From Malacoraja senta (lineage: Eukaryota), in the NCBI GenBank assembly GCA_038087875.1, contig JAXLNO010002060.1, positions 62,001-126,000 on the forward strand: a DNA stretch of 64,000 bases, given 5' to 3'. A program made the translations under genes and the position numbers. Each line of letters starts with the position of its first letter. The first letter of the stretch is position 1. Positions 37,147 to 48,822 of this stretch are shown piece after piece. The notes beneath the pieces are model-generated. The model was not told the DNA's origin and did not search any database. It saw only the letters and a program-made list of their open reading frames with translations.

Positions 37147-39063
37147 CTTAGTCCTCCTTGGTTTTCGGCAAAACTGAAACGTCTCTGCAGTAAGAAAGAG
37201 AAGTCTTATATCCGTACCAAAAAAAGGGGTACAAAACTGGACTGGGACAATTTTACTAGAATGCAAAAGCAAGTCGATCGTGCTATTAGGAGTGCTCATA
37301 GACCACATGTTTCTTCTATTCTTGGGGGAGAGCAACCCAAGGCTTTTTGGAGATATGTGAAATCCAGACGGACAGACAACACAGGTGTCCAGATGCTTAA
37401 AGTGAACAACTGTCTGATCACTGAGGACCAGGCGAAAGCAGAAGCTCTTGCAAACCAATTCCAACACGTTTTCACCCGGGAAGATATGGAGCCTTCATCA
37501 TTTCCAGTTCTACCGCCCAGCCCGTATGCTGATATGCCTGCTATTAAAATTGAGGTTGAAGGTGTCAAGAAGTTATTGCTCAACATCAATACCACAAAAG
37601 CAATTGGACCAGATCAGATACAGAATCAAGCTCTCAAGTTCGCGGCCGAAGAACTGGCTCCAGTTTTGCAGTTCATTTTCCAACAATCGCTTGACTCAGG
37701 TGAAGTTCCGCTGGATTGGAGGAAGGCTAACATCACTCCTCTCTTTAAGAAGGGTTCAACCACCAACCCAGCGAATTATCGTCCTGTTTCATTAACAAGT
37801 ACTTGCTGCAAATTACTGGAGCATGTAATTGATAGTAATCTGATGCGACACGTGAGCAAACATAATAAACTTGCTGACAACCAACATGCATTTAGGAGGC
37901 ATAGATCATGTGAGTCTCAGCTTATCCTGACGACAAATGACCTGGCCAAACATCTTGATGGTAATGTCATCACGGATTTAGTAGTGCTGGACTTTTCTAA
38001 AGCATTTGATGTCATCCCACACCAGAGACTGCTTCGGAAGCTTGACTTCTATGGTATTCGTTCCAACACGAAACGATGGATTTCCAGTTTCCTGACAAAA
38101 CGTCTTCAGCGTGTGTGTGTGAACGGAAAGAGCTCCAATTGGCATCCAGTGTTGAGTGGTACACCTCAGGGCACAGTACTTGGCCCACATCTGTTTTTGC
38201 TTTACATAAACGACATCCATGAAAAAGTCGCAAGCACGACCAGACTATTCGCTGATGATTGTTTGCTGTACCGTCCAATTAAGTCAGCTGATGATGAAGA
38301 TGCTCTCCAAAAGGACCTCGATACAATGGTTGAGTGGTCACACCAATGGGGCATGCAGTTCAACCCTTCCAAATGTGAAACCATGCGTGTCACCAGAAAG
38401 AGGAATCCAGGCAAAACATCGTACAATATACTTGGTACCATCCTTGAAGAATCCAAACAAACCAAGTATCTTGGCATCAAATTGCAGAATGATCTGCGTT
38501 GGAATGGTCAGACTCATCATGCAACGGTGAAAGCAACAGGTGTCCTAAATTTTCTGAGGCGCAACTTTCATCATTGTTCAACTTCTGTCAAGGAGAAGCT
38601 ATACTTCACCCTCGTTAGACCTCATTTGGACTACGCAGTTGCAGCATGGGACCCATACACAAATAAAAACATTTCTTCCATCGAACGTGTCCAAAGACAG
38701 GCAGCTCGATTTGTTACTAACACCTATGAGAGAGAAGCGAGTGTTACCAAACTTCTGAATTCGCTGGGGTGGAACCTTCTCCAAGACAGACGTGAAGCTC
38801 ATCGTTTGACCTGTTTTTACAAAATGTTAAATGGTCAGCTCAACATAGATTACAAGACCTACACCAAACCCAAACCAATTAGGAGCAGACGAGGACATTC
38901 GATCCAATTTGAGATTCCAGCTACCAAGACAGATGTGTACAGAAATTCATTCTTCCCCCGCACAATTAAAGCATGGAATAATCTTCACCCTACCATAGTT
39001 ACCCAACCAGATGCAACTAAATTTAAGGTAGCTCTTTCTTCCCAAAAACCCTTTCTGGCTTAA
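37147..39063 (+). CDS. LINE ORF2 (RT + C-terminus), uninterrupted from the first inserted base
   Basis: Frame open from 37147 (LSPPWFSAKLKR...) through [29 protein letters not shown] and SFFPRTIKAWNNL to the stop at 39063. Confidence 0.92.
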   Translation, partial: LSPPWFSAKLKRLCSKKEKSYIRTKKRGTKLDWDNFTRMQKQVDRAIRSAHRPHVSSILGGEQPKAFWRYVKSRRTDNTGVQMLKVNNCLITEDQAKAEALANQFQHVFTREDMEPSSFPVLPPSPYADMPAIKIEVEGVKKLLLNINTTKAIGPDQIQNQALKFAAEELAPVLQFIFQQSLDSGEVPLDWRKANITPLFKKGSTTNPANYRPVSLTSTCCKLLEHVIDSNLMRHVSKHNKLADNQHAFRRHRSCESQLILTTNDLAKHLDGNVITDLVVLDFSKAFDVIPHQRLLRKLDFYGIRSNTKRWISSFLTKRLQRVCVNGKSSNWHPVLSGTPQGTVLGPHLFLLYINDIHEKVASTTRLFADDCLLYRPIKSADDEDALQKDLDTMVEWSHQWGMQFNPSKCETMRVTRKRNPGKTSYNILGTILEESKQTKYLGIKLQNDLRWNGQTHHATVKATGVLNFLRRNFHHCSTSVKEKLYFTLVRPHLDYAVAAWDPYTNKNISSIERVQRQAARFVTNTYEREASVTKLLNSLGWNLLQDRREAHRLTCFYKMLNGQLNIDYKTYTKPKPIRSRRGHSIQFEIPATKTDVYRNSFFPRTIKAWNNLHPTIVTQPDATKFKVALSSQKPFLA

Positions 39064-39138
39064 GTCCTCCCTCCACCACCTCCAGTTAAAATTCCATTTG
39101 GAATATTTTGGAGGACCAAGAAACCAAGAAGAACCAAG
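37147..39138 (+). mobile_element. Young 5'-truncated CR1-group LINE of invertebrate (Daphne/Crack-like) type; left arm only
   Basis: TSD AGCCAC at 37141-37146 and 39139-39144; (ACCAAGAA)n tail; empty site at 48679-48684. Confidence 0.92.
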
Positions 39139-41279
39139 AGCCACAAGGGCCACATCTAACTCCCTCTTAAATATAGCCAATGAACTGGCCTCAACTACCC
39201 CCCTGTGGCAGAGAGTTCCAGAGATTCACCCCTCTCTGTGTGAAAACGTTTTTCATCATCTCGGTCTTAAAGGATTTCCCCCTTACCCTTAAGCTGTGAC
39301 CCCTTGTCCTGGACTTCCCCAACATCGGGAACAATCTTCCTGCATCTAGCCTGTCCAACCCCATAAGAATTTTGTACGTTTCTATAAGATCCCCTCTCAA
39401 TCTCCTAAATTCTAGCGAGTATAAGCCAAGTCTATCCAGTCTTTCTTCATATTAAAGTCCTGACATCCCAGGAATCAGTCTGGTGAACCTTCTCTGCACT
39501 CCCTCTATGGCTATAATGTCCTTCCTCAGATTTGGAGACCAAAACTGTACGCAATACTCCAGGTGTGGTCTCACCAAGACCCTGTACAACTGCAGTAGAA
39601 CCTCCCTGCTCCTATACTCAAATCCTCTTGCTATGAAGGCCAACATACCATTCGCTTTCTTCACTGCCTGCTGCACCTGCATGCCTACTTTCAATGACTG
39701 GTGTACCATGACACCCAGGTCTCGCTGCATCTCCCCATTTCCTAATCGGCCACCATTTAGATAATTGTCTGCCTTCCCGTTTTTGCCACCAAAGTGGATA
39801 ACCTCACATTTATCCACATTATACTGCATCTGCCAAACATTTGCCCACTCACCCAGCCTATCCAAGTCACCTTGCAGTCTCCTAGCATCCTCCTCACAGC
39901 TAACACTGCCCCCCCCCCCAGCTTAGTGTCATCCGCAAACTTGGAGATGATGCTTTCAATTCCCTCGTCCAGATCATTAATATAAATTGTAAATAGCTGG
40001 GGTCCCAGCACTGAGCCTTGCGGTACCCCACTAGTCACTGCCTGCCATTGTGAAAAGGACCCGTTTACTCCTACTCTTTGCTTCCTGTTTGCCAGCCAGT
40101 TCTCTATCCACATCAATACTGAACCCCCAATACCGTGTGATTTAAGTTTGTATCCTAATCTCTTATGTGGTACCTTGTCGAAAGCCTTCAGAAAGTCCAG
40201 ATACAACACATCCACTGGTTCTCCCCTATCCACTCTACTCGTTACATCCTCGAAAAATTCTATAAGATTCGTCAGACACGATTTACCTTTCGTAAATCCA
40301 TGCTGACTTTGTCCAACGATTTCACCACTTTCCAAATGTGCTGCTATCCCATCTTTAATAACTGACTCTAGCAGTTTCCCCACTACCGATGTTAGACTAA
40401 CTGGTCTGTAATTCCCCGTTTTCTCTCTCCCTCCCTTCTTAAAAAGCGGGGTTACGTTTGCTACCCTCCAATCCTCAGGAACTACTCCAGAATCTAAAGA
40501 GTTTTGAAAAATTATCACTAATGCATCCACTATTTCTGGAGCTACTTCCTTAAGTACTCTGGGATGCAGCCTATCTGGCCCTGGTGATTTATCGGCCTTT
40601 AATCCATTCAATTTACCCAACACCACTTCCCGACTAACCTGGATTTCACTCAGTTCCTCCATCTCCTTTGACCCGCGGCCCCCTGCTATTTCCGGCAGAT
40701 TGTTTATGTCTTCCTTAGCGAAGACGGAACCAAAGTAGTTATTCAATTGGTCCGCCATATCCTTGTTCCCCGTGATCAATTCACCTGTTTCTGACTGCAA
40801 GGGACCTACATTTGTTTTAACTAATCTCTTTCTCTTCACATATCTATAAAAACTTTTGCAGTCAGTTTTTATGTTCCCTGCCAGTTTCCTTTCATAATCT
40901 ATTTTCCCTTTCCTAATTAAGCCCTTTGTCCTCCTCTGCTGGTCTCTGAATTTCTCCCAGTCCTCTGGTATGCTGCTTTTTCTGGCTAATTTGTACGCAT
41001 CATCTTTTGCTTTGATACTATCCCTGATTTCCCTTGTTATCCACGGATGCACTACCTTCCCTGATTTATTCTTTTGCCAAACTGGGATGAACAATTTTTG
41101 TAGTTCATCCATGCAGTCTTTAAATGCCTTCCATTGCATATCCACCGTCAACCCTTTTAGAACTAATTGCCAGTCAATCTTGGCCAATTCACGTCTCATA
41201 CCCTCAAAGTTACCTTTCTTTAAGTTCAGAACCGTTGTTTCTGAATTAACAATGTCACTCTCCATCCTAATTGCTCTTA

Positions 41280-41898
41280 CTCCTACACTCGACTCCTTTT
41301 GTTATAAAAGCCATTGTGCCATTCGCTTTCTTCACTGCCTGCTGTACCTGCATGCTTACTTTCATAGACTGATGAACAAGGACCTCCAGATCCCGTTGTA
41401 CTTCCTCTTTTGATACCAAAGTGGATAACCTCACATTTATCCACATTAAACTTAATCTGCCATGCATCTTCCCACTCCTGCAACCTGTCCAAGTCACCCT
41501 GCATTCTCATAGCATCCTCCTCACAGTTCACACTGCCACCCAGCTTTGTGTCATCTGCAAATTTGTTCATGTTACTTGAATCCCTTCATCCAAATCATTT
41601 ATGTATTTTGTAAATAGCTGCGGTCCCAGCACCGAGCCTTGCGCTACCCCCACTAGTCACTGCCTGCCATACTGAAGGGGACCCGTTAATCCCTACTCTT
41701 TGTTTCGTGTCTGCCAACCAATTTTCTATCCATGTCAGCACTCTACCCCCAATGCCATGTACCCTAATTTTGCCCACTAATCTCCTATGTAGGACTTCAT
41801 CAAATGCTTTCTGAAAGACCAGGTACACTACATCCACTGGCTCTCCCTTGTCCATTTTCCTAGTTACATCTTCAAAAAATTCCAGAAGATTAGTCAAC
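41280..41898 (-). mobile_element. Second, internally deleted CR1 RT fragment (mirror ~45925-46555)
   Basis: 'TNLLEFFEDVTRKMDKGEPVDVVY...[10 protein letters not shown]'. Confidence 0.85.
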
Positions 41899-42164
41899 CA
41901 TGTGCTGACTGCATGGTGGAGGTTGTGGGCCTGGTGCTGAGCCGGGAACTCTGGTGAGGTGACGGCTCTGGCCCACTGGTGGCCGGTGGAGAGGCTGGGG
42001 AGGGTCGGCGGAGTCGCTGGTGGAGGCCCGTGGGGGATGGAGTAGAGATACGGGCAGCAGCGTCGGTGGCCCCAGAGACAGTGAAGGTCGGCGACAGTGG
42101 TCCCTCCCGAGGTGGCGGTGAGAGTCGGCGGCTGCGGGCGACAGTTTCAGTGGTCCGGGCCGAG

Positions 42165-43490
42165 GTGTGTGTGTCGGTGGGTGTGGGTAAGTGTGAGTGG
42201 GTGAGTGTGTATGAGCGTGCGTGAATGTATGTGTGAGTGGGCGTGAGTAAGTATGGGTGGGTGAGTGTGTGTGAGCAGGTGTGTGAGTGTGGGTCAGTGG
42301 GTGGGTGAGTGTGAGGGTGTCTGTGAGTGGGTGTGCGTGAGTGTGAGTGGGTGAGTGTGTGTGGGTGAGTGGGCGTGGGTGTGTGAGTAGGTGTCAGTGG
42401 GTGTGGGTGGGTGGGTGTGGGTGTGTGAGAGGGTGTGTGTGAGTGCATGGGTGTGTGTGTGTGTGAGTGTGTGTGAGTGTGAGTGGGTGAGTGTGAGTGG
42501 GTGAGTGTGAGTGGGTGTGGGTGTGTGTGAGTGTGTGTGCGAGTGGGTGTGTGTGTGTGAGTGAGTGTGTGTGAGTGGGTGAGTGTGGGTGGGCTGGGTG
42601 AGTGGGTGTTGGTGAGTGTGTGGGTGTGAGTGTGTGTGTGTGTGAGAATGGGTGAGTGTGTGTGTGTGAGAGTGGGTGTGGGTGAGTGGGTGTGTGTGAG
42701 TGTGCGTGAGTGGGTGTGCGTGAGTGGGTGAGTGTGTGGGTGAGTGTGAGTGGGTGAGTGTGTGTGGGTGAATGGGCGTGGGTGTGTGAGTAGGTGTGAG
42801 TGGGTGTTGGTGAGTGGGTGGGTGGGTGTGGGTGTGTGAGAGGGTGCGTGTGAGTGCATGGGTATGTGTGTGTGTGTGTCAGTGTGTGTGTGTGAGTGTG
42901 AGTGAGTGGGTGAGTGGGAGTGGGTGTGTGGGTGTAGGTGTGTGTGAGTGTGTGTGTGCGAGTGTGTGTGTGTGAGTGTGTGTGTGAGTGAGTGTGAGTG
43001 GGTGAGTGTGGGTGGGCTGGGTGAGTGGGTGTTGGTGAGTGTGGGTGTGAGTGTGTGTGTGTGAGAGTGGGTGAGTGTGAATGTGGGTGAGTGTGTGTGT
43101 GTAAGTGTGCGTGAGTGTGTGTGTGTGAGTGGGTGAGTGTGTGNNNNNNNNNNNNNNNNNNNNNNNNNNNNNNNNNNNNNNNNNNNNNNNNNNNNNNNNN
43201 NNNNNNNNNNNNNNNNNNNNNNNNNNNNNNNNNNNNNNNNNNNNNNNNNNNNNNNNNNNNNNNNNNNNNNNNNNNNNNNNNNNNNAGAGTGTGGGTGTGT
43301 GTGTGTGAGTGAGTGGGTGTGGGTGAGTGTGTGTGTGTGAATGTGTGAGTGTGTGTGTGTGAGTGTGCATGTGTGAGTGGGTATGTGAGTGTGTGAGTGC
43401 GAGTGGGTGTGTGTGTGTGTGAGTGAGTGTGTGTGTGTGTGTGTGTGAGTGAGTGGGTGAGTGTGTGTGTGTGTGAGTGTGTGTGTGTGC
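42165..43490 (+). repeat. TG-rich cryptic simple repeat with an internal ~430-bp duplication (contains gap 43144-43285)
   Basis: GTGAGT/GTGGGT/GTGT units; marker motifs GAGTGCATGGG and GGGCTGGG each occur twice, ~410-425 bp apart. Confidence 0.9.
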
Positions 43491-43880
43491 GGTGTGCGGA
43501 ACGCGGTGAACACATGTTGGTGCAGATGAGACAGTGTGAGGCTTGCAGAATGTGGGAGCCCATGGACACGGATGGAGCCTCTGGCTGCTACAACTGTGGC
43601 AAGGGCGTCCAGCTTCAGCTTCTACAGGACCATGTTGGGGCACTGGAGAAGCAGCTGGATGACCTCAGGGTCATCCGGGAAAATGAGAGTTTCCTGGACA
43701 GGACCTACAGTAGTCACGCCGAGGTTACGGGAAGAACCAAGGTGTGTGACAGAGAGAAAGGGTGGAAATCGTGGAGTGCAGAAGACTCGGGTGGCTGTGC
43801 CTAATGAAAACAGGAACGCACTCTTGGGAACTGTCCGGGGAGACAATGTTTCCAGTCCGAGCGGCGGACACGTCGGTGGC
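43490..43880 (+). mobile_element. CR1 ORF1 N-terminal fragment pointing at the symmetry axis
   Basis: 'QCEACRMWE...CYNCGK...LQLLQDHVGALEKQLDDLRVIRENESFLDRTY' is the CR1 ORF1 zinc finger/leucine zipper. Confidence 0.75.
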
Positions 43881-44080
43881 NNNNNNNNNNNNNNNNNNNN
43901 NNNNNNNNNNNNNNNNNNNNNNNNNNNNNNNNNNNNNNNNNNNNNNNNNNNNNNNNNNNNNNNNNNNNNNNNNNNNNNNNNNNNNNNNNNNNNNNNNNNN
44001 NNNNNNNNNNNNNNNNNNNNNNNNNNNNNNNNNNNNNNNNNNNNNNNNNNNNNNNNNNNNNNNNNNNNNNNNNNNNNNNN
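43881..44080. other. Assembly gap of exactly 200 N containing the symmetry axis (~43908)
   Basis: 44081 mirrors 43734. The other gaps are irregular: 13399-13534 (136), 30307-30471 (165), 43144-43285 (142). Confidence 0.97.
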
Positions 44081-44324
44081 CTTCCCGTAACCTCGGCGTG
44101 ACTACTGTAGGTCCTGTCCAGGAAACTCCTCATTTTCCCGGATGACCCTGAGGTCATCCAGCTGCTTCTCCAGTGCCCCAACATGGTCCTGTAGGAGCTG
44201 AAGGTGGACGCACTTGCCACAGTTGTAGCAGCCAGAGGCTCCATCCGTGTCCCTGGGCTCCCACATTCTGCAAGCCTCACACTGTCTCATCTGCACCAAC
44301 ATGTGTTCACCGCGTTCTGCACAC

Positions 44325-45660
44325 CGCACACACAAACACTCACACACACACACACTCACCCACTCACTCACACACACACACACCCACTCACTCACACACA
44401 CACACACCCACTCGCACTCACACACTCACATACCCACTCACACATGCACACACACACACACACACTCACACATTCACACACACACACTCACCCACACCCA
44501 CTCACTCACACACACACACCCACACTCTCACACACACCACCTCACACACACCCACTTCACACACACACCCACACTCTCACACACACTCACTCACACACAC
44601 ACACTCACACACACCCACACTCATGAACACTCACACACCCCCACACTCACACACATACCCACACTCACTCAACCCACTCACACACACACACTCACGCACA
44701 CTCACACACACACACTCACCCACATTCACACTTACCCACTCTCACACACACACACTCACACCCACACTCACCAACACCCACTCACCCAGCCCACCCACAC
44801 TCACCCACTCACACTCACTCACACACACACTCACACATACACACGCGCACACACACACTTACACACACCTACACCCACTCACCCACTCACACTCACCCAC
44901 TCACTCACACTCACACACACACACTCACACACACACACACATACCCATGCACTCACACGCACCCTCTCACACACCCACACCCACCCACCCACTCACCAAC
45001 ACCCACTCACACCTACTCACACACCCACGCCCATTCACCCACACACACTCACCCACTCACACTCACCCACTCACACTCACCCACTCACGCACACCCACTC
45101 ACGCACACTCACACACACCCACTCACCCACACCCACTCTCACACACACACACTCACCCATTCTCACACACACACACACTCACACCCACACACTCACCAAC
45201 ACCCAATCACCCAGCCCACCCACACTCACCCACTCACACACACTCACTCACACACACACACCCACTCGCACACACACACTCACACACACTCACTCACACA
45301 CACCAACACCCACTCACACTCACCCACTCATACTCATCCACTCACACTCACACACACACTCACACACACACACGCCCATGCACTCACACACACCCTCTCA
45401 CACACCCACACCCATCCACCCACACCCACTCACACCTACTCACACACCCACCCCCACTCACCCACACACACTCACCCACTCACACTCACACACACCCACT
45501 CACACACACCCTCACACTCACCCACCCACTGACCCACATTCAAACACCTGCTCACACACACTCACCCACCCATACTTACTCACGCCCACTCACACATACA
45601 TTCACGCACGCTCATACACACTCACCCACTCACACTTACCCACACCCACCGACACACACA
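44325..45660 (-). repeat. Mirror copy of the TG-rich tract (CA-rich on +), gap-free
   Basis: CCCATGCACTCACAC at 44944 and 45375; CCCAGC marker at 44785 and 45210. Confidence 0.9.
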
Positions 45661-46559
45661 CACCTCGGCCCGGACCACTGAAACTGTCGCCCGCAGCCGC
45701 CGACTCTCACCGCCACCCCGGGAGGGACCACTGTCGCCGACCTTCACTGTCTCTGGGGCCACCGACGCTGCTGCCCGTATCTCTACTCCAGCCCCCACGG
45801 GCCTCCACCAGCAACTCCGCCGACCCTCCCCAGCCTCTCCACCAGCCACCAGTGGGCCAGAGTCGTCACCTCACCAGAGTTCCAGGCTCAGCACCAGGCC
45901 CACAACCTCCACCATGCAGACAGCACATGGTTGACTAATCTTCTGGAATTTTTTGAAGATGTAACTAGGAAAATGGACAAGGGAGAGCCAGTGGAATGTA
46001 GTGTACCTGGTCTTTCAGAAAGCATTTGATGAAGTCCTACATAGGAGATTAGTGGGCAAAATTAGGGTACATGGCATTGGGGGTAGAATGCTGACATGGA
46101 TCGAAAATTGGTTGGCAGACACGAAACAAAGAGTAGGCATTAACGGGTCCCTTTCAGTATGGCAGGCAGTGACTAGTGGGGGTAGCGCAAGGCTCGGTGC
46201 TGGGACCGCAGCTATTTACAAAATACATAAATGATTTGGACGAAGGGATTCAAGTAACATGAACAAATTTGCAGATGACACAAAGCTGGGTGGCAGTGTG
46301 AACTGTGAGGAGGATGCTATGAGAATGCAGGGTGACTTGGACAGGTTGCAGGAGTGGGAAGATGCATGGCAGATTAAGTTTAATGTGGATAAATGTGAGG
46401 TTATCCACTTTGGTATCAAAAGAGGAAGTACAACGGGATCTGGAGGTCCTTGTTCATCAGTCTATGAAAGTAAGCATGCAGGTACAGCAGGCAGTGAAGA
46501 AAGCGAATGGCACATTGGCTTTTATAACAAGAGGAGTCGAATGTAGGAGTAAGAGCAAT

Positions 46560-48822
46560 TAGGATGGAGAGTGACATTGTTAATTCAGAAACAACGGTTC
46601 TGAACTTAAAGAAAGGTAACTTTGAGGGTATGAGACGTGAATTGGCCAAGATTGACTGGCAATTAGTTCTAAAAGGGTTGACGGTGGATATGCAATGGAA
46701 GGCATTTAAAGACTGCATGGATGAACTACAAAAAAATTTCATCCCAGTTTGGCAAAAGAATAAATCAGGGAAGGTAGTGCATCCGTGGATAACAAGGGAA
46801 ATCAGGGATAGTATCAAAGCAAAAAATGATGCGTACAAATTAGCCAGAAAAAGCAGCATACCAGAGGACTGGGAGAAATTCAGAGACCAGCAGAGGAGGA
46901 CAAAGGGCTTAATTAGGAAAGGGAAAATAGATTATGAAAGGAAACTGGCAGGGAACATAAAAACTGACTGCAAAAGTTTTTATAGATATGTGAAGAGAAA
47001 GAGATTAGTTAAAACAAATGTAGGTCCCTTGCAGTCAGAAACAGGTGAATTGATCATGGGGAACAAGGATATGGCGGACCAATTGAATAACTACTTTGGT
47101 TCCGTCTTCGCTAAGGAAGACATAAACAATCTGCCGGAAATAGCAGGGGGCCGCGGGTCAAAGGAGATGGAGGAACTGAGTGAAATCCAGGTTAGTCGGG
47201 AAGTGGTGTTGGGTAAATTGAATGGATTAAAGGCCGATAAATCACCAGGGCCAGATAGGCTGCATCCCAGAGTACTTAAGGAAGTAGCTCCAGAAATAGT
47301 GGATGCATTAGTGATAATTTTTCAAAACTCTTTAGATTCTGGAGTAGTTCCTGAGGATTGGAGGGTAGCAAACGTAACCCCACTTTTTAAGAAGGAAGGG
47401 AGAGAGAAAACGGGGAATTACAGACCAGTTAGTCTAACATCGGTAGTGGGGAAACTGCTAGAGTCAGTTATTAAAGATGGGATAGTAGCACATTTGGAAA
47501 GTGGTGAAATCATTGGACAAAGTCAGCATGGATTTACGAAAGGTAAATCGTGTCTGACGAATCTTATAGAATTTTTCGAGGATGTAACGAGTAGAGTGGA
47601 TAGGGGAGAACCAGTGGATGTGTTGTATCTGGACTTTCTGAAGGCTTTCGACAAGGTACCACATAAGAGATTAGGATACAAACTTAAATCACACGGTATT
47701 GGGGTTCAGTATTGATGTGGACAGAGAACTGGCTGGCAAACAGGAAGCAAAGAGTAGGAGTAAACGGGTCCTTTTCACAATGGCAGGCAGTGACTAGTGG
47801 GGTACCGCAAGGCTCAGTGCTGGGACCCCAGCTATTTACAATTTATATTAATGATCTGGATGAGGGAATTGAAAGATTCATCTCCAAGTTTGCGGATGAC
47901 ACTAAGCTGGGGGGGCAGTGTTAGCTGTGAGGAAAATGCTAGGAGACTGCAAGGTGACTTGGAAAGGCAGGGTGTGTGGGCAAATGTTTGGCAGATGCAG
48001 TATAATGTGGATAAATGTGAGGTTATCCTCTTTGGTGGCAAAAACGGGAAGGCAGACTATTATCTAAATGGTGGCCGATTAGGAAATGGGGAGATGCAGC
48101 GAGACCTGGGTGTCATGGTACACCAGTCATTGAAAGTAGGCATGCAGGTGCAGCAGGCAGTGAAGAAAGCGAATGGTATGTTGGCCTTCATAGCAAGAGG
48201 ATTTGAGTATAGGAGCAGGGAGGTTCTACTGCAGTTGTACAGGGTCTTGGTGAGACCACACCTGGAGTATTGCGTACTGTTTTGGTCTCCAAATCTGAGG
48301 AAGGACATTATAGCCATAGAGGGAGTGCATAGAAGGTTCACCAGACTGATTCCTGGGATGTCAGGACTTTAATATGAAGAAAGACTGGATAGACTTGGCT
48401 TATACTCGCTAGAATTTAGGAGATTGAGAGGGGATCTTATAGAAACGTACAAAATTCTTATGGGGCTGAACAGGCTAGATGCAGGAAGATTGTTCCCGAT
48501 GTTGGGGAAGTCCAGGACAATGGGTCACAGCTTAAGGATAAGGGGGATATCCTTTAAGACCGAGATGAGGAAAAACGTTTTCACACAGAGAGTGGTGAAT
48601 CTCTGGAACTCTCTGCCACAGGGGGTAGTTGAGGCCAGTTCATTGGCTATATTTAAGAGGGAGTTAAATGTGGCCCTTGTGGCTAAGGGGATCAGGGGGT
48701 ATGGAGAGAAGGCAGGTACGGGATACTGAGTTGGGTGATCAGCCATGATCATATTGAATGGCGGTGCAGGCTCGAAGGGCCGAATGGCCTACTCCTGCAC
48801 CTATTTTCTATGTATCTATGTA
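46560..48822 (+). mobile_element. Mirror CR1 LINE ORF2, without the nested LINE
   Basis: ORFs 46564-47715, 47712-47924, 47797-48372 and 48424-48729; extra frameshift at ~47701 relative to the left arm. Confidence 0.93.

Larger units (their letters stand above)
37003..41270 (-). mobile_element. Vertebrate-type CR1 LINE ORF2 (5'-truncated), split by a nested LINE
   Basis: 502-aa ORF 39757-41265 with [37 protein letters not shown]; 3'UTR and (TCTATG)n tail. Confidence 0.93.
15139..43880. repeat. Left arm of giant inverted duplication
   Basis: Mirror anchors: 15139/64000, 19771/59838, 21203/58412, 29286/55384, 34375/50383, 37090/48735, 41265/46564, 43734/44081. Confidence 0.97.

Noticed and set aside
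41894-45938. Very long His/Thr-rich ORFs (391-563 aa)
   Set aside because: CA-rich simple repeat lacks stop codons in several frames at once; there is no gene structure.
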